Source: Octopus sinensis (lineage: Eukaryota). Taken from it: DNA of 64,000 nt. The stretch covers positions 93,496,001 to 93,560,000 of the forward strand of contig NC_042998.1 of NCBI RefSeq assembly GCF_006345805.1, given 5' to 3'. Both the position numbers and the translations under genes were made by a program. The notes under the pieces were generated by a model that ran no database searches, was not told where the DNA came from, and worked only from the letters and a program-made list of their open reading frames with translations. This document shows, piece after piece, positions 49,755-62,630 of this stretch. Each line of letters opens with the position of its first letter. Position 1 is the stretch's first letter.

Positions 49755-51399
49755 ATTTCTTTATTAGCCACAAGGGCCCAAACATAGAGGGAGACAATAC
49801 AGCATGATTGGGGTCAGACACACAATGATTATATGACTTAAAATTTTACAAAATATAATGAAATCGAAGGAAATCGAATGAGATACAACAAGGACGAAAT
49901 ACAAACATGAAATGAAGCAGAGAGATGGCTTACGCTCCGACCCCACGAGCCCCATTCTCCTACTGAAACTTTTGTATGCAGACTTATGACATGTTCACGA
50001 GGAATCTTTCATTCCCAGTACCCTCGCAACATGCAACCATCTTTCTTTGAACATTTTCTTTGACAGGCATCTTCTTTCCAGCCTCACCTTCCTTTTAAGG
50101 TGGAAGATAAAATATCTCACCAACCCGAGACCGGAGATGAGGTTGCCTGTCGCCAAACCTTTCATTCGCGACTTCCATACCACCTCTTTCGCTATTGCTA
50201 CTACTGCGAGAAAACATTGCTTACCTTCTTTCGTGAGGAAATCCGGCGGGTCAATTTTTACGATTGACTCAGACGACAGCTGTACTCTTTCTTCCCGAAC
50301 CTGACAGCAGATGTTCTGCATAAACCCACACTTCAGACACTCCCGGACACTGAACAATAGCGTGCAGGACAGTTTCCCTATCCCGTCCGCATCTTGAACA
50401 GTCGGCAGTGGTGGTTCGACCGTGTCGTGCGAGCTTATCCCGAACGGGTAAGACTCCTCGGTAACATTGCCAGGCCATGGATTTTTGGAAATTATCCAAA
50501 CACCCCGGCCCGAACGTCCTTCGGAACAGACTGTCTAACTGGTTATCCCGAGACCTAGGGTTTCCTTTAGGGTATCGTCGTTCCCAGCCTCTACCAACCT
50601 GCTATAGAAAAATGTGGTGGTACCAAAACCGCTAGCATTACCCGAGCGATGGAACTGTAGGAGTGCTTTATGGCACTCCGTAAACCATGTACCCAACCTC
50701 GATCTACGAAGGAACCAGCTTTCTTGTTCACTAAAACTAGTGAACCTGGGGAACATCCGTTTCGCGAACGGAGACCTCACCTGTTCACCATTCAGGAGTA
50801 GCCAGAGATGCCTCAACCTCAGCGCATGTTTGCGCATCAACAGCCAAGGCATCCCCAGTCCTCCATTCAACGGCTTCTGGCAGCAGATAGAACGCCTCAC
50901 GAGAGGAGTGGTGCCCTTCTACAAAAAGCGGAAGATATGCCTCTCCAGCTTGCTCAACCACGAACCGGGACAGGGCACGACGGTTAGGCGGTAAATGATG
51001 ACCGATGCGGTAAACACATTGGCCACCTCCGCCCTCCCTTTCAAGGATAGCCACCGCCAAGACCAGGTCTTGGCTATGCAGGTCACCTTGCTCAATACCT
51101 CTGCCCAATTCTTTTCTACCTGGAGGTCTGGTCCAAACCATACCCCTAGCAGCTTAACCGGGCCCTCCGTCCAACGTCCCACGACGCTATCCAAAGGCAT
51201 CGACTTGCCCCTCCAGGTGCCGAGTTGCAAGCCGACTGACTTTTCCCGGTTAATCTTTGCTCCTGCCACCGTCTCGTAAACCTTAATGGTTTCACTTACC
51301 CTCTGTAGGTGTTCCATCTTGGTTACAATAATGGTGATGTCATCCGCATATGCTGAAACCGACTCTCCAACAGCCGGCCCCCTCGGGATGCCGCTTCGG
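49755..51399 (-). mobile_element. 5'-truncated Tx1-clade (L1 superfamily) LINE: RT C-terminus, zf-RVT and complete 3' UTR
   Basis: SAYADDITIIV (YADD at 51339-51350), GAKINREKSVGL, KLLGVWFG, WSWRWLSLKGRAEVAN, DCSRCGRDRETVLHAIVQC. One premature stop and frameshifts. 3' end ..GTGGCTAATAAAGAAAT at 49755. Confidence 0.92.
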
Positions 51400-52995
51400 C
51401 ATTGAAAATAACATCATGGTTGAAATGACGTCATAATACAAATTGTTTTATTTCACAAACAGGCGGGTAGATGGACAGAAAAACACGGCTCTTAATATAG
51501 ATGTGTATTTTCCGTTCAGCGCTTTCTGGTACATGCTCTTTCATGGTCTTTTATACATATATGAATGCATATATTTCCCGGTTTTACTCCAAGGAGTAGA
51601 GACTTAGCTCTTTCAGCCTCGACCAGTAGCTTACCAGTAACTCTAAAGTAATTAACTTTGTGTGGTAATTGTGAACTGCTTTTCTGTGTTACGACCATAA
51701 TTGTTAGCAATGGAGCAGACGGCTAGGGACAAATGTTTCCATAGAACCAGCAGGATTTCGCGCTTGCTAGTTCTGAATGATCTTAAAATCCATCACTGGT
51801 TGACATTTTAGTAACGGTTGCATGAAATGATGCACCATTATCTAAATTGACCTAGAGATCCTGCAGTAACGGTAATTCACCTGCAGTGTGTTTGAGTTTT
51901 GGTAGCAAAAAGATTTACATTTTCGTAAATCTCTTTTGGTAAATTTACTTATCAAAATTTACCACAGTTTCAATATTAAACTGTATGTTGTTTTCTTCTG
52001 TCTACTTATATATGTGTGTGTATGGGTGTGCCTTATGAGAATTTGTATGTCTACACATACTCTGGTTTGTTTTGGTGAAAAAACACCCGTGAGCAATAGC
52101 TCCCTGTGTTAAATTTATATAGAGTCTATTGTGTACTTGTAATGAGTAAAATAAGTAGGATTTCAAAAGCTAGCCAAAAAGGTTTCTTGATCGACTGCAC
52201 TCATCAGCGAGCTAAGAAGGAACAAAATATTAAAAGAATCTATATAAACACACATACGCACTGTCTCTTTGATGCTTTATGTTTCAGTTATAGAATTAAT
52301 TGCCGAGTATTTTGTAAAATATTTATTTGTAGTAATAATACATGCTGCCGGGACATTTCCTAGCTGATTAATTTCAACAACTGTGATGTTGTAATTGTAG
52401 TTGTTGCAGAAGCTCAAAACAAGTCTGATTAAAAGTATTTCAGTTGATTTCGTGTCTATCTTTTTCAGACATAATGTCTCGAGATTATAGTAACTTATAT
52501 GCCCTTGAAAGAAAAACACGAAAATAGGAAACCGACGATGTGATTGTGAGGGATTCAGCTGTCATTTCTAGCAGGCCAGACGATCATGCTTCTCTTTTGG
52601 TTTGAACAACAATGATAATGACGCATTGCCAAACAGAGTTCTTTCTGGGTGTTGTTTTATTTTGCTGACGTCACATCAGATACTACGCGTGTATTAATTA
52701 CACTTCAATATCACTTCACTTACCCTTCGTTACACGGCCAGTTTCACAGGGATATCTCCGGCCGACAAGAGAGCTTTGCGTTCTCGTTTGGTCTGCTTGA
52801 AATAACAACGATATCTCTTTAAGAAAGATCATATTTTGAGAGGACAAAAGTCATTGGGTGCTGTAGACAAGATACAGCCCAACGTAAAAAATTTTTTAAA
52901 AAGGACGAAGTGGTCATGACTGGAACGTATTAGAACTTAGGTCTCCTGGATTAGGGCTGACTTCAAGTTAATTAGCATCAATAATAGTAACAACT

Positions 52996-53264
52996 AAAAA
53001 GAAAAAAATAAATAAATGTTCCTTCTCGAGCCATGCCAGGCTCATAAGGGCCGGTTTCCCGGTTTCAGTGGCGTAGAAATTCCCCACCTGGACGGGACGC
53101 CGGTCCGCCACAAGATTACTCAATTTTGCCCGCTGAGTGGACTGGAGCAACGTGAAATGAAGTGTTTTGCTCAAGAACACAACGCATCGCCCGGTCCAGG
53201 AATCGAAACCACAACCTTACGATCATAAATTCAACACCCTAACCACTAAACCACGCGCCTCCAC
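52996..53264 (-). mobile_element. tRNA-head SINE (C2): head and core as C3, tail as C1; 13-bp TSD
   Basis: TSD AATAGTA(A/G)CAACT at 52983-52995 and 53265-53277. A box TGGTTTAGTGG, B box TTCGATTCC. Confidence 0.85.
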
Positions 53265-53297
53265 AATAGTAGCAACTCCACATGATATATAATTGTC

Positions 53298-53700
53298 AAG
53301 GCGGCGAGCTGGCAGAAACCTTAGCACGCCGGGCGAAATGCGTAGCCGTATTTCGTCTGCCGTTACGTTCTGGGTTCAAATTCCGCCGAGGTCGACTTTG
53401 CCTTTCATCCTTTCGGGGTCGATAAATTTAGTACCAGTTACGCACTGGGGGTCGATATAATCGACTTAATCCGTTTGTCTGTCCTTGTTTGTCCTCTCTG
53501 TGTTTAGCCCCTTGTGGGTAGTAAAGAAACAGGTTTTTCGCCTGCCGTTACGTTCTGAGTTCAAATTCCGCCGAGGTTGACTTTGCCTTTCATCCTTCGG
53601 GGTCGATAAATTAAGTACTAGTTGCGTACTGTGGTTGATCTTATCGACTGGCCCTTAAACCCCAAAATTTCGAGCCTTGTGTCTAGAGTAGAAAAGAATA
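53298..53700 (+). mobile_element. Compound SINE: family B head, body, Tx1-like tail (53474-53531), second body, standard tail
   Basis: Same architecture as 9019 and 46066, with the shared diagnostic head variant GCGTAGCCGTATTTC. Confidence 0.9.
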
Positions 53701-53949
53701 GAAATTTAGAGAATTCACAGTTGACCTTGAGTGGTAACTTTATAAGATATGCATAATAGGAAAAGTCTCCATCACGTGCCCCATGTGTGCGCGTGTGTGT
53801 ATGTATATATGTATGTGAGTGTGTAATTGCTTGTTATCAGACCTTTTATTTCACCGAATGTTGTCTGTTCGCATTTTTATCGTTAATCGTTGCAAAATTC
53901 CCGACCGACGTTTCATCTATATGTATGTGAGCGTGCGAGTGTATGTATG

Positions 53950-54050
53950 TGTTGTTGTTACCGTTGCTGTTGTTATTGCTGCTGCTGCTGTTGTTGTTGT
54001 TGTTGTTGTTGTTCTTCTTCTTCTTCTTCTTCTTCTTCTTCTTCTTGTTA
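53950..54050. repeat. Compound (GTT)(GCT)(CTT) triplet repeat
   Basis: Direct reading. Confidence 0.9.
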
Positions 54051-54690
54051 AGCAACAAGACGGGTAAGGGTGATTAAGTGATGGTCTAGGGCTTAGGGGC
54101 GGGAGACCCCAGACCTTGGAAAAAAAAAACTTTGGTCGCCTTGTTGTAGTCGAGGGCTCTTCGTTGACGCCCGACACCACTGGGAGGTGGCCCTCGAAGT
54201 CGCTGGAAATGGAGATCTCCAGGTCCAAATTCTTGAACGGCTGCTGCTATTGCCACTTAGCCTCAGGTCAGCTCCAGCTGAGCAGTCCTATAACCAATGG
54301 AGTTCCAGCTTTTCCCATACAGTAATTGATTTTTTCACAATTGAAGGATCTAGTAATTGATTATCCAATGGGTTCTTCCTTTTTAAAGACTGAGATGTTG
54401 CTTTAGAACGGTTTAGATGCTATTCCTGGTAAGTTGAGCGACCACGTACAAGCATTTCGTAAGCAGTATGTATATATGCATCTCAGGGATATGCGTATGA
54501 TCGTTTGGTATATCGTGTTGTAGGTGAGTGCATGTATTTATGCTGTGTGCGTTTTGTTTTCAATGGACCCCATCCCTCTTAATAAATTTGGCTTCAGATG
54601 TGAGTCTCGGACAGATTTTGCGATCAGAAGTTTACAGTTGTTCGATTGACTGAACTTCCTACTCAATGAATTAACATGTAAATGGTTGAG

Positions 54691-55015
54691 GTGAGGGCGC
54701 GTGGCTTAGTGGTTAGGGCATTCGGCTCATGATCGTAAGGTTGTGAGTTCGATTCCCGGCGACGCGTTGTGTCCTTGAGCAAGACACTTTATTTCACGTT
54801 GCTCCAGTCCACTCAGCTGGCAAAAATGAGTTGTACTTGTATTTCAAAGGGTCAGCCTTGTCACTCTCTGTGTCACGCTGATTATCCCCGAGAACTACGT
54901 TAAGGGTACACGTGTCTGTGGAATGCTCAGCCATTTGCACGTTAATTTCACGAGCAAGCTGTTCCGTTGATCGTATCAGCTGGGACCCTCGTCGTCGTAA
55001 CCGGCGGAGTCTTTG
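54691..55015 (+). mobile_element. tRNA-head SINE (C3); 11-bp TSD
   Basis: A box TGGCTTAGTGG, B box AGTTCGATTCC, core GTCCTTGAGCAAGACAC. TSD AAATGGTTGAG at 54680-54690 and 55016-55026. Confidence 0.85.
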
Positions 55016-55042
55016 AAATGGTTGAGCATCACACACACAAAT

Positions 55043-55097
<55 letters not shown>

Positions 55098-55254
55098 CTA
55101 ACTGCGCAGACTGAAGCAAGAATCTCTATTTGCAAATTTATGGTCTTATAAAGAATGATGTCTATGTTTCATACATTTCTCTGACTGTCTGTCAGTTTGT
55201 CTGTCAGTCGATTTGTTGGTCTGTCTGTTTGTCTCTCTGTCTCTTTCTCTCTTT

Positions 55255-55262
55255 CTCTCTCT

Positions 55263-55295
<33 letters not shown>

Positions 55296-55384
55296 GATAT
55301 ATATATATATATATATAATACTGTTATTTATATTATTATATGATTGAACGCCACGCATCCTTTTTAACTATTTATCTATATCTA

Positions 55385-55459
<75 letters not shown>

Positions 55460-55480
55460 ATGTGTGTGTGTGTGTGTGTT
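55255..55480. repeat. (CT)n, (TA)n and (TG)n microsatellite cluster
   Basis: Direct reading. Confidence 0.9.
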
Positions 55481-55547
55481 CATGCATGTACTTTAACTTT
55501 GGCTGGTATATAACTATGTATATATGCATATGTATACGCACGTATGC

Positions 55548-55601
<54 letters not shown>

Positions 55602-56249
55602 TTTTTATATGTATATATGTGTGTATATAAGTACATATACATGTTTATATATTTATGTATACATACACAATGTGTGTATAAAGCATATACATGTTTACAT
55701 ACACATCTACTAAATGCGATACAATTTTTTTTCAATTTTCACCGAACATTTTCTTCTAACCATTCTTTAAGATGTGAAGAACTAATTTCCTCTATGTTTT
55801 CCATGTCGCTTCCGGCTAGAACTCATCAATTATATTTTTACAATAACAACCAGATTTGTCACGTAAACAATATAGCTACTTTAATCAGTTTTCATTTTAA
55901 ATTATTTGAATTCAGCAAATCTACGGACAAACCGGGATATTTTTTTTCCGACGACCAGATTCTGTTATTACAGTTTCGAAGCAGGGGCGAAGGGTCTATG
56001 TATGCAATGTATGCACTGTATGCCTTTCTATTTTACCACGATAAATAATTTTTGTGTAAAATATAATTGATTATTGATAATTTTCACTAGATTCGTAGTA
56101 GTCATATTTACTTTTATTTCGCATTCTTAGTATAAATTCTTAGTATAAATTGTAAACAATCGATATTATTTAACAAGTGTAAGCAGTGAAAGCTCCTGTT
56201 TGCTTTGCGAGAAGAGAAGGAAAAGCTGTGAATTAATTGCTTTCCTGTT

Positions 56250-56640
56250 CTTTTGAGGAAGGAGCGTCAACAAGAAAGACAAAACAAACGAGTGAGTAGC
56301 CAACAGAGAGAAATGCGAATTTTTCTGCTTGCTTTCAGTCATATTCAGTAAGAGCCATGGTGTTAGTCCCTTCGTATTCTCTTATTCTCTTCGAGAATGG
56401 AGCGTCAAAAAGAGATTTAAAAGAAACGGGTGAGTGGTCAACGGAAAGAAAGGCAAAGGAAAGCAAATTTGTTACTGCTTGCTTTCAGTCATAGTAAGAG
56501 CAGTGATGTTATTTTCTTTGCATTGTATTATTTTTGAGAAGGGATCGTCAAAAAGGGGCACAAAACAAAGAACGAGCGAGTTGTCAAGAAAGAGAAGGAC
56601 AGAGAAAGTAAATACTTCATTGCTATCCTTCCTGTCGTGT
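56250..56640. repeat. Degenerate tandem repeat, three units of about 140 bp
   Basis: GGA(G/T)CGTCAA at 56261, 56399 and 56542; ACG(A/G)G(T/C)GAGT in each unit; CTGCTTGCTTTCAGTCATA in units 1 and 2. Confidence 0.75.
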
Positions 56641-56869
56641 TAAGCCAGCAGCCACGTTGTCAATTTTTTTTCTCTTTAGGTGTTGATGTTTTTACAGTCC
56701 TGTGCAGCAGAGATTAAACACTTACCTCTTCAGAGGACTTGCCAAAGGCTTTCCTCATAGTCGGACAGATTTAGATGAGAAATGCATATTTAGTCAATTT
56801 AGTTTGTTTTATTGCTTTCTGATATATTTCGTACGATTATTCGATACCGAAGAGTACACATTTTATCTT

Positions 56870-57200
56870 TTATCTTCTCTTTATTTCAATCACTAGACTG
56901 TGGCCATGCTGGAGCACCATCTTAAATAATTTTTACGCCAATGAATCTACCCCAGTACTTTTTCTAAAGCCTGGTGCTTATTCTTTTGGTCTCTCGTGCC
57001 GAACTAATAAGTTACGGTAACGTAAACACACCAACGTCGGTTGTCAAGCGTTGGTGCAAATACGACGTGTTTTTTTCAGTCTCCCTCTATCAAGTTCACT
57101 TACAAGATTTTAGTCGGCTCAGGCTATAGAAGAAGATACTAATAGAAGACTGGACCGAGGACCATGTGGTTTGGAAGCAAACTTCACACACCTACGCTTG
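56870..57200 (-). mobile_element. SINE family A, diverged
   Basis: GACTGTGGCCATGCTGGAGCACC..GTAAACACACCAACGTCGGTTGTCAAG..CCATGTGGTTTGGAAGC. Confidence 0.8.
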
Positions 57201-57859
57201 CTTTCTAAAAATATTTGCCCAATGGAGAGCCTAATTTTGGTATAAAATGTATCAGCACTACGCTCTACCTTCATCTTCAAAAGATCTTTATTCATGAAAA
57301 TGAAAACTAAATTATTGAATCTCTCTTTACTTTGGGAACACCATGTAACTTTAATGAAGAAAGGTATATATTACGAGAAGCAGATGTTGTAGATGTGGTC
57401 AGAATCAGACGTAATTTTGTTACTCTGGCCAGAATTTGATTTAGTTTAAGCTTCCGTATTATGTCTGTAACTTATTGAATGTTTGACACTTGGTTTGCAA
57501 AAACTGCAGCATAAATTGATTTTAGCTCGCATTTCAATCCATCCACCAAATTAAGTGAATGTGTATAACAATGTACAACTTTTATCAGTGATGCAGCTTT
57601 TCTGTCTTTACTGACATCAACTTATCCCCTAAACCTTTCTTGAAGCCTTTCCTTCTCATCAACAAATTGCAAAATGTGTGACAGTTAAGATTTCATTCGA
57701 AGGTCTGTAGTGTCACCAAACATAACAGCAACAAATGTTTTTGTCGATCATTGGCTTAATTACACCTTCATTTGTAACAGATATACAATTAAATGGTTTC
57801 GTTTCGAATATCACTTGAAAGTAATATTCGTTTTTAATATCTCTTCAAAGCTGAGAAAA

Positions 57860-57878
57860 CATGTTGTTGTTGTTGTTG

Positions 57879-57918
<40 letters not shown>

Positions 57919-57981
57919 TGTTGCTGCTGCTGCTGCTGCTGCTGCTGTTGTTGTTGTTGTTGTTGCTGCTGCTGCTGCTGC

Positions 57982-58012
<31 letters not shown>

Positions 58013-58075
58013 GCTGCTGCTGATGCTGCTGCTGCTGCTTGTTGTTGTTGTTGTTGTTGTTGTTGCTGCTGCTGC

Positions 58076-58110
<35 letters not shown>

Positions 58111-58142
58111 TTGTGTTGTTGTTGTTGTTGTTGTTGTTGTTA
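57860..58142. repeat. About 280-bp mosaic (GTT)n/(GCT)n triplet array
   Basis: Direct reading; abuts a family B SINE head. Confidence 0.95.
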
Positions 58143-58349
58143 CGCCGGCCGAAATGTCTGGCGGCATTTCATTTATTGTTACGTACTGAGTTCAAATTCC
58201 GCCGAGATCGACTTTGCCTTTCATCCATTCGGAGTCGATAAATTAAGTATCAGTGAAACACTAAGGTCTATGTAATCGACTAGCCCCCACCTCCAAAATG
58301 TTAGGCTTTGTGCCTATAGTAGAAAGGATTATCATTCTTCTTCTTCTTC

Positions 58350-58395
<46 letters not shown>

Positions 58396-58585
58396 ACCGG
58401 GCAAAATGCTTAGCCGCATGTTGTCTGCCGCTACATTCTGAGTTCAAATTCCGACGAGATCGACTTTGCATTTTATCCTTTCGGGGTCGATAAATTAAGT
58501 ATTAGGGAAACACTGGGGTCGATGTATTCGACTATCCCTCTCCCCCAAATTTCAGACTTCGTACCTATAGTAGAAAGGATTATTA
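58143..58585 (+). mobile_element. Two tandem family B SINE monomers separated by a (CTT)n(ATT)n tail
   Basis: 58143-58332 and 58395-58585, each with body and standard tail. Confidence 0.85.
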
Positions 58586-59014
58586 GTATTATTAATATTT
58601 AGCTGAAGCAATGAATCGGAAAAAACGCAAAATATCGTATCGGAATTAACGATGTTTCCACAGTAAATTTCTTTTATCCAGTATCTCTACGGTAGCCTGC
58701 TAATAAGCATGAGGAAGGTAAAAAATTCAAGATTCTAATGTAAGAAGCTTTTTAGTTGTGAGCAAAATGTTATCTTTAACTGAGAGGTACCTATTTCCCT
58801 CGGGGATCGTCAATATATGAGCCAGGATCGAAGTTAGCTTCGAACAAGTGGAGTTTTACCTAAGCTCACTCCTGTTTCACCTAAGTTAACAACAAATTTT
58901 TTTCTGACAGGTTAAACAAATGGATTTTAAGTGCATAATTAGCATACAAAAGAGACGATCGAGAAGATTCAGGGTTTCGATCCTTGGTTATGAATCAATC
59001 AAACATCTCTCACA

Positions 59015-59119
<105 letters not shown>

Positions 59120-59142
59120 GCGTGTGTGTATGAATGCATGTA

Positions 59143-59357
59143 CGAGGTGGTGGGGGCTTGAAATCCTGGCTTTGGGTAAAAGAAAATACAGGAGGATCAG
59201 TTATGACTTTATCCAGCATATTCCCCTCTCAGATTCACACACTTATTGCAGCAGTCCTGCAGTTTTTCTAAGTCCTGTAAAAGAACTCGGAAGGCTGAGC
59301 CTCCTGTCAGGCATTTCGCGACATTCTTAAAGCCAGGAACTTTTCAGCACCCCATCG
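59143..59357. mobile_element. mariner-type MITE
   Basis: TA|CGAGG..TCCTGGCTTT ... AAAGCCAGGAACTTTTCAGCACCCCATCG|TA. Confidence 0.7.
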
Positions 59358-60339
59358 TATGTATGAGACCTTGTGTTTAGTCTAAGAGATTCAATGTTCT
59401 ATCAAAAATAACGTTGATTTACGGGGAAAAAAATAACGAAGGAAACCTTTTTGTTTTCATTATGGCTTCGTTGAGATGCTGTAAATCAATTCCAGTTCTC
59501 AGTTATTTTCTCTGACACAGCTAACGTTCTAAGAAGACTTGCGAACTTCACAGCATGTTATTTTCCTTCTCATATAAATCTGAAGTCTGGGCCTATATAA
59601 ACAGACATTTTCACCCACAGTTTCTGTCTTTTCTTCTTTTGGTTTGTCTTCTTTTTTCTTTTCATTTTCCTTTCACAAAAATGGTCCTTCTCCTGTCAAC
59701 ATATTTACTCAATAATTTACCGCTAAAATTGCAAACTATTTCACAAGAGTACAAATTATCAGTTATATTCTGTTTAGAATTACGTTCACGCTTATGTGAG
59801 TAAAATCTAATAAATTTCATGAATAAGCTTCCATGTGGTTAAAGCAAGCCTTTATAGTAACGGCCAATCCTTACAGCCATCATCTCATTTCACAAGAAAT
59901 CCATTCATCTCGTTATTTTATAATAACAGGAAACCGCAGAGCACGTTTATTTAAAATTGATATTTTTATTACTTACTCGCTTTGTGTCAGAATCCTTTCC
60001 ACTGCATAACCAATATATCGTGAGTTCAATTCCTTGATTGTCAGGCACTCAAACAAGGCGCTTCATTTGACGTAGTTCCACTCAACTCAGCAGTAATGAG
60101 AACCAGCGGAATGTTGATGCAGCCTTCTCCCCTTCCAGATGTCATACTCTGAATATGCCGCTAAGGACGTTTCTATGTCTATGCTCGCACCTACAAAAGC
60201 ACCTAAAACAATACCAAACTATACTTGCTCGTGAGTGACGCTGGCTGTACTTTCTGTAAAGAAGCTGCTGGCCTATATTGATATACCAAGTCCATATATC
60301 AAAGCATAAAAAAGCATGGCTAACCATGCTACGTAATAA

Positions 60340-60502
60340 GATTGCATCGACCCCAGTGCTCAGCTGGGACTTATTTTGTCAACCCTAAAGATGGAAGGCG
60401 AAGTCGACCTCGGCAGAATTTAAACTCAGAACGTAAAGACGGACGAAATCTCCCTACACATTTTAACCGGCAGGCTAACGATTCAACCAGCTCGCCGCCT
60501 TA
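60340..60502 (-). mobile_element. Family B SINE lacking tail
   Basis: CATCGACCCCAGTG..AAGTCGACCTCGGCAG..CCAGCTCGCCGCCTT. Confidence 0.8.
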
Positions 60503-60783
60503 ATGATATATACAATATTAAATGTCACTGAGCAATACTATTGTGTAACATAAGCCAAGAAAGAGCAGCCAAATCGCATATATATGTGTGTGTGTATACA
60601 TACCTCCACGCATATATGTATATATATCCATACATTTTTTTCTTATGACCATACAGATAACACACCACTTCTAAATTATGTCTTTTAATTACGTAATTAT
60701 ATAATAATTATTTATGCTATTGAAACAGCTGTTGATCACTATTAAATTATAAACTATGTGAAATTTATGGTTTTGTTTGTTGT

Positions 60784-60785
<2 letters not shown>

Positions 60786-60865
<80 letters not shown>

Positions 60866-60999
60866 CATATATATATATACATATATATATATACATATAT
60901 ATATACATATATATATATACATATATATATACATATATATATACATATATATATATACATATATATATATACATATATATATATACATATATTTATATG

Positions 61000-61035
<36 letters not shown>

Positions 61036-61100
61036 TATACATACATACATACATACATGCATACATAGATACATACACTCATACATACATACATACATAC
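60786..61100. repeat. (TA)n array with periodic C interruptions, grading into (TACA)n
   Basis: Direct reading. Confidence 0.95.
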
Positions 61101-61655
61101 ATGGTGGCTGCCCCCTCGTTATCGAGTATGGCCATTGCACGAAGCTTAATCAATGTTGTTATCGTGCAATACCTGTGCAAGAAGATTATTTTTAAGTGAG
61201 GAAAGGCTGTGCACTGAGTCAATCCCACTCACTAAGCAACAGCAGCCATAATCCGAAAAGAAGAACAAGTCAACATCATCGGTAACCACCGAGCCCTAGG
61301 TTTTATGTCGGAGTTATCCCAGTTACCTGAGTTACCTTCTCCTAGAAGGATATCCTAACAAAGGTTAGGAGTCCTTTACTCCCAATGGTTTAACCGCGCG
61401 ATCGGGTATTCAGTCCGATTATTTCTATGACCTCGCGCATGATACAGACAAGACATTTACTGGATGGCCGTTGACTCTCAAGAGTTACTCCGCCCTTTGA
61501 CGGGTTTTGTTTTTCATCCCGCAGGGTGTCCAATAAACACCCTCCTCACCAAGCAAGCATGGTGGGGTTGCCGGATTAGTTGCCGATGACCCGACCATGC
61601 AACAGGTTGTACTACGTTATATGTAACCAGTAGCACTCGAAAGTGAGCTGACATA
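61100..61655 (-). mobile_element. Non-autonomous RTE-related (bipartite 5' UTR plus 3' end) element between (TACA)n arrays
   Basis: GC-richer block; minus strand has CCTTCTAGGAGAAGGTAACTC and ends GAGGGGGCAGCCACC(ATGT)n. RTE assignment is from recall. Confidence 0.5.
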
Positions 61656-61687
61656 ACATACATAACATACATACATACATACATACT

Positions 61688-61759
<72 letters not shown>

Positions 61760-62630
61760 TACGTGCACATACATATATGTATGTATGTATGTGAGTATGT
61801 ATGTGTGTGTATGTATGCGTGTGTGTGTATAATATTTGTTAAATTGAATGCAATCTGGGCGTTTTGGTTTTTATATATTTGACAATTGAAATTCACCATT
61901 ATACGAAATTATCCCAACACACATTCATATTTATACATGTGTTTGTAGCATGTATGCTTCTTGTATATGTGTGTCTCTGTGTGTGTGTTTTCATTACTAA
62001 ACGTACGCACATACCAGATGAACGTAAAATTAAAGCTGGCTTCTGTAGGAGTGATTACAGTGTTTGTCAATAGTAGCCCAATTACACCGAACTCTGTTTA
62101 ATTTGAGCAAACATCACTTAAAACTGCGCTGTCATCAGTCTTGTTGCCGTTCAATCTCATCTCAATTGATAACTTTCTTTAAACTATGTTGCTTTGATCC
62201 AATGTGTGAAATGTGAACCATCTGAGTCGTACTTTCGACGGGATCAAGCGAATATATTTTGGAGATGCGCTGAACTCACATCATTATATTTTAGTTCCTT
62301 AAAATAGACTATCTATGAGAAATGTCAACAGAAACCAATATTATGATAATTGGATTCCTTGAGTTTAATTATTTATATGTAACTAGGGAAAATGTGTCAA
62401 TTTATTACTCAATTTGGGATTTACCACTGTTGGTTTTGTTAAGATATTTTGCATTTAAACGCAAATTTTATTTGTTGAACCGGATTCCATACATCTCTTC
62501 TGTAAATTAAGTAAATATGCTAACTATTTCTCAGAACTCTTTCAAATGTGTGTATGTGTGTGTGTGTATACAAATATACATATATAGCAGAGAAAGATTG
62601 GGTATTTACCCTTATGAGATGGAAATATAT

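Noticed and set aside
51500-51870. Short hydrophobic or protein-like frames beside the Tx1 5' end
   Set aside because: Interrupted by stops in all frames; no family recognised.
57710-58275. ORFs with poly-Q/T/A/L/C/V tracts (up to 159 aa)
   Set aside because: They arise in several frames on both strands from one (GTT/GCT) array, start within a SINE head, and have no flanking domain or splice evidence.
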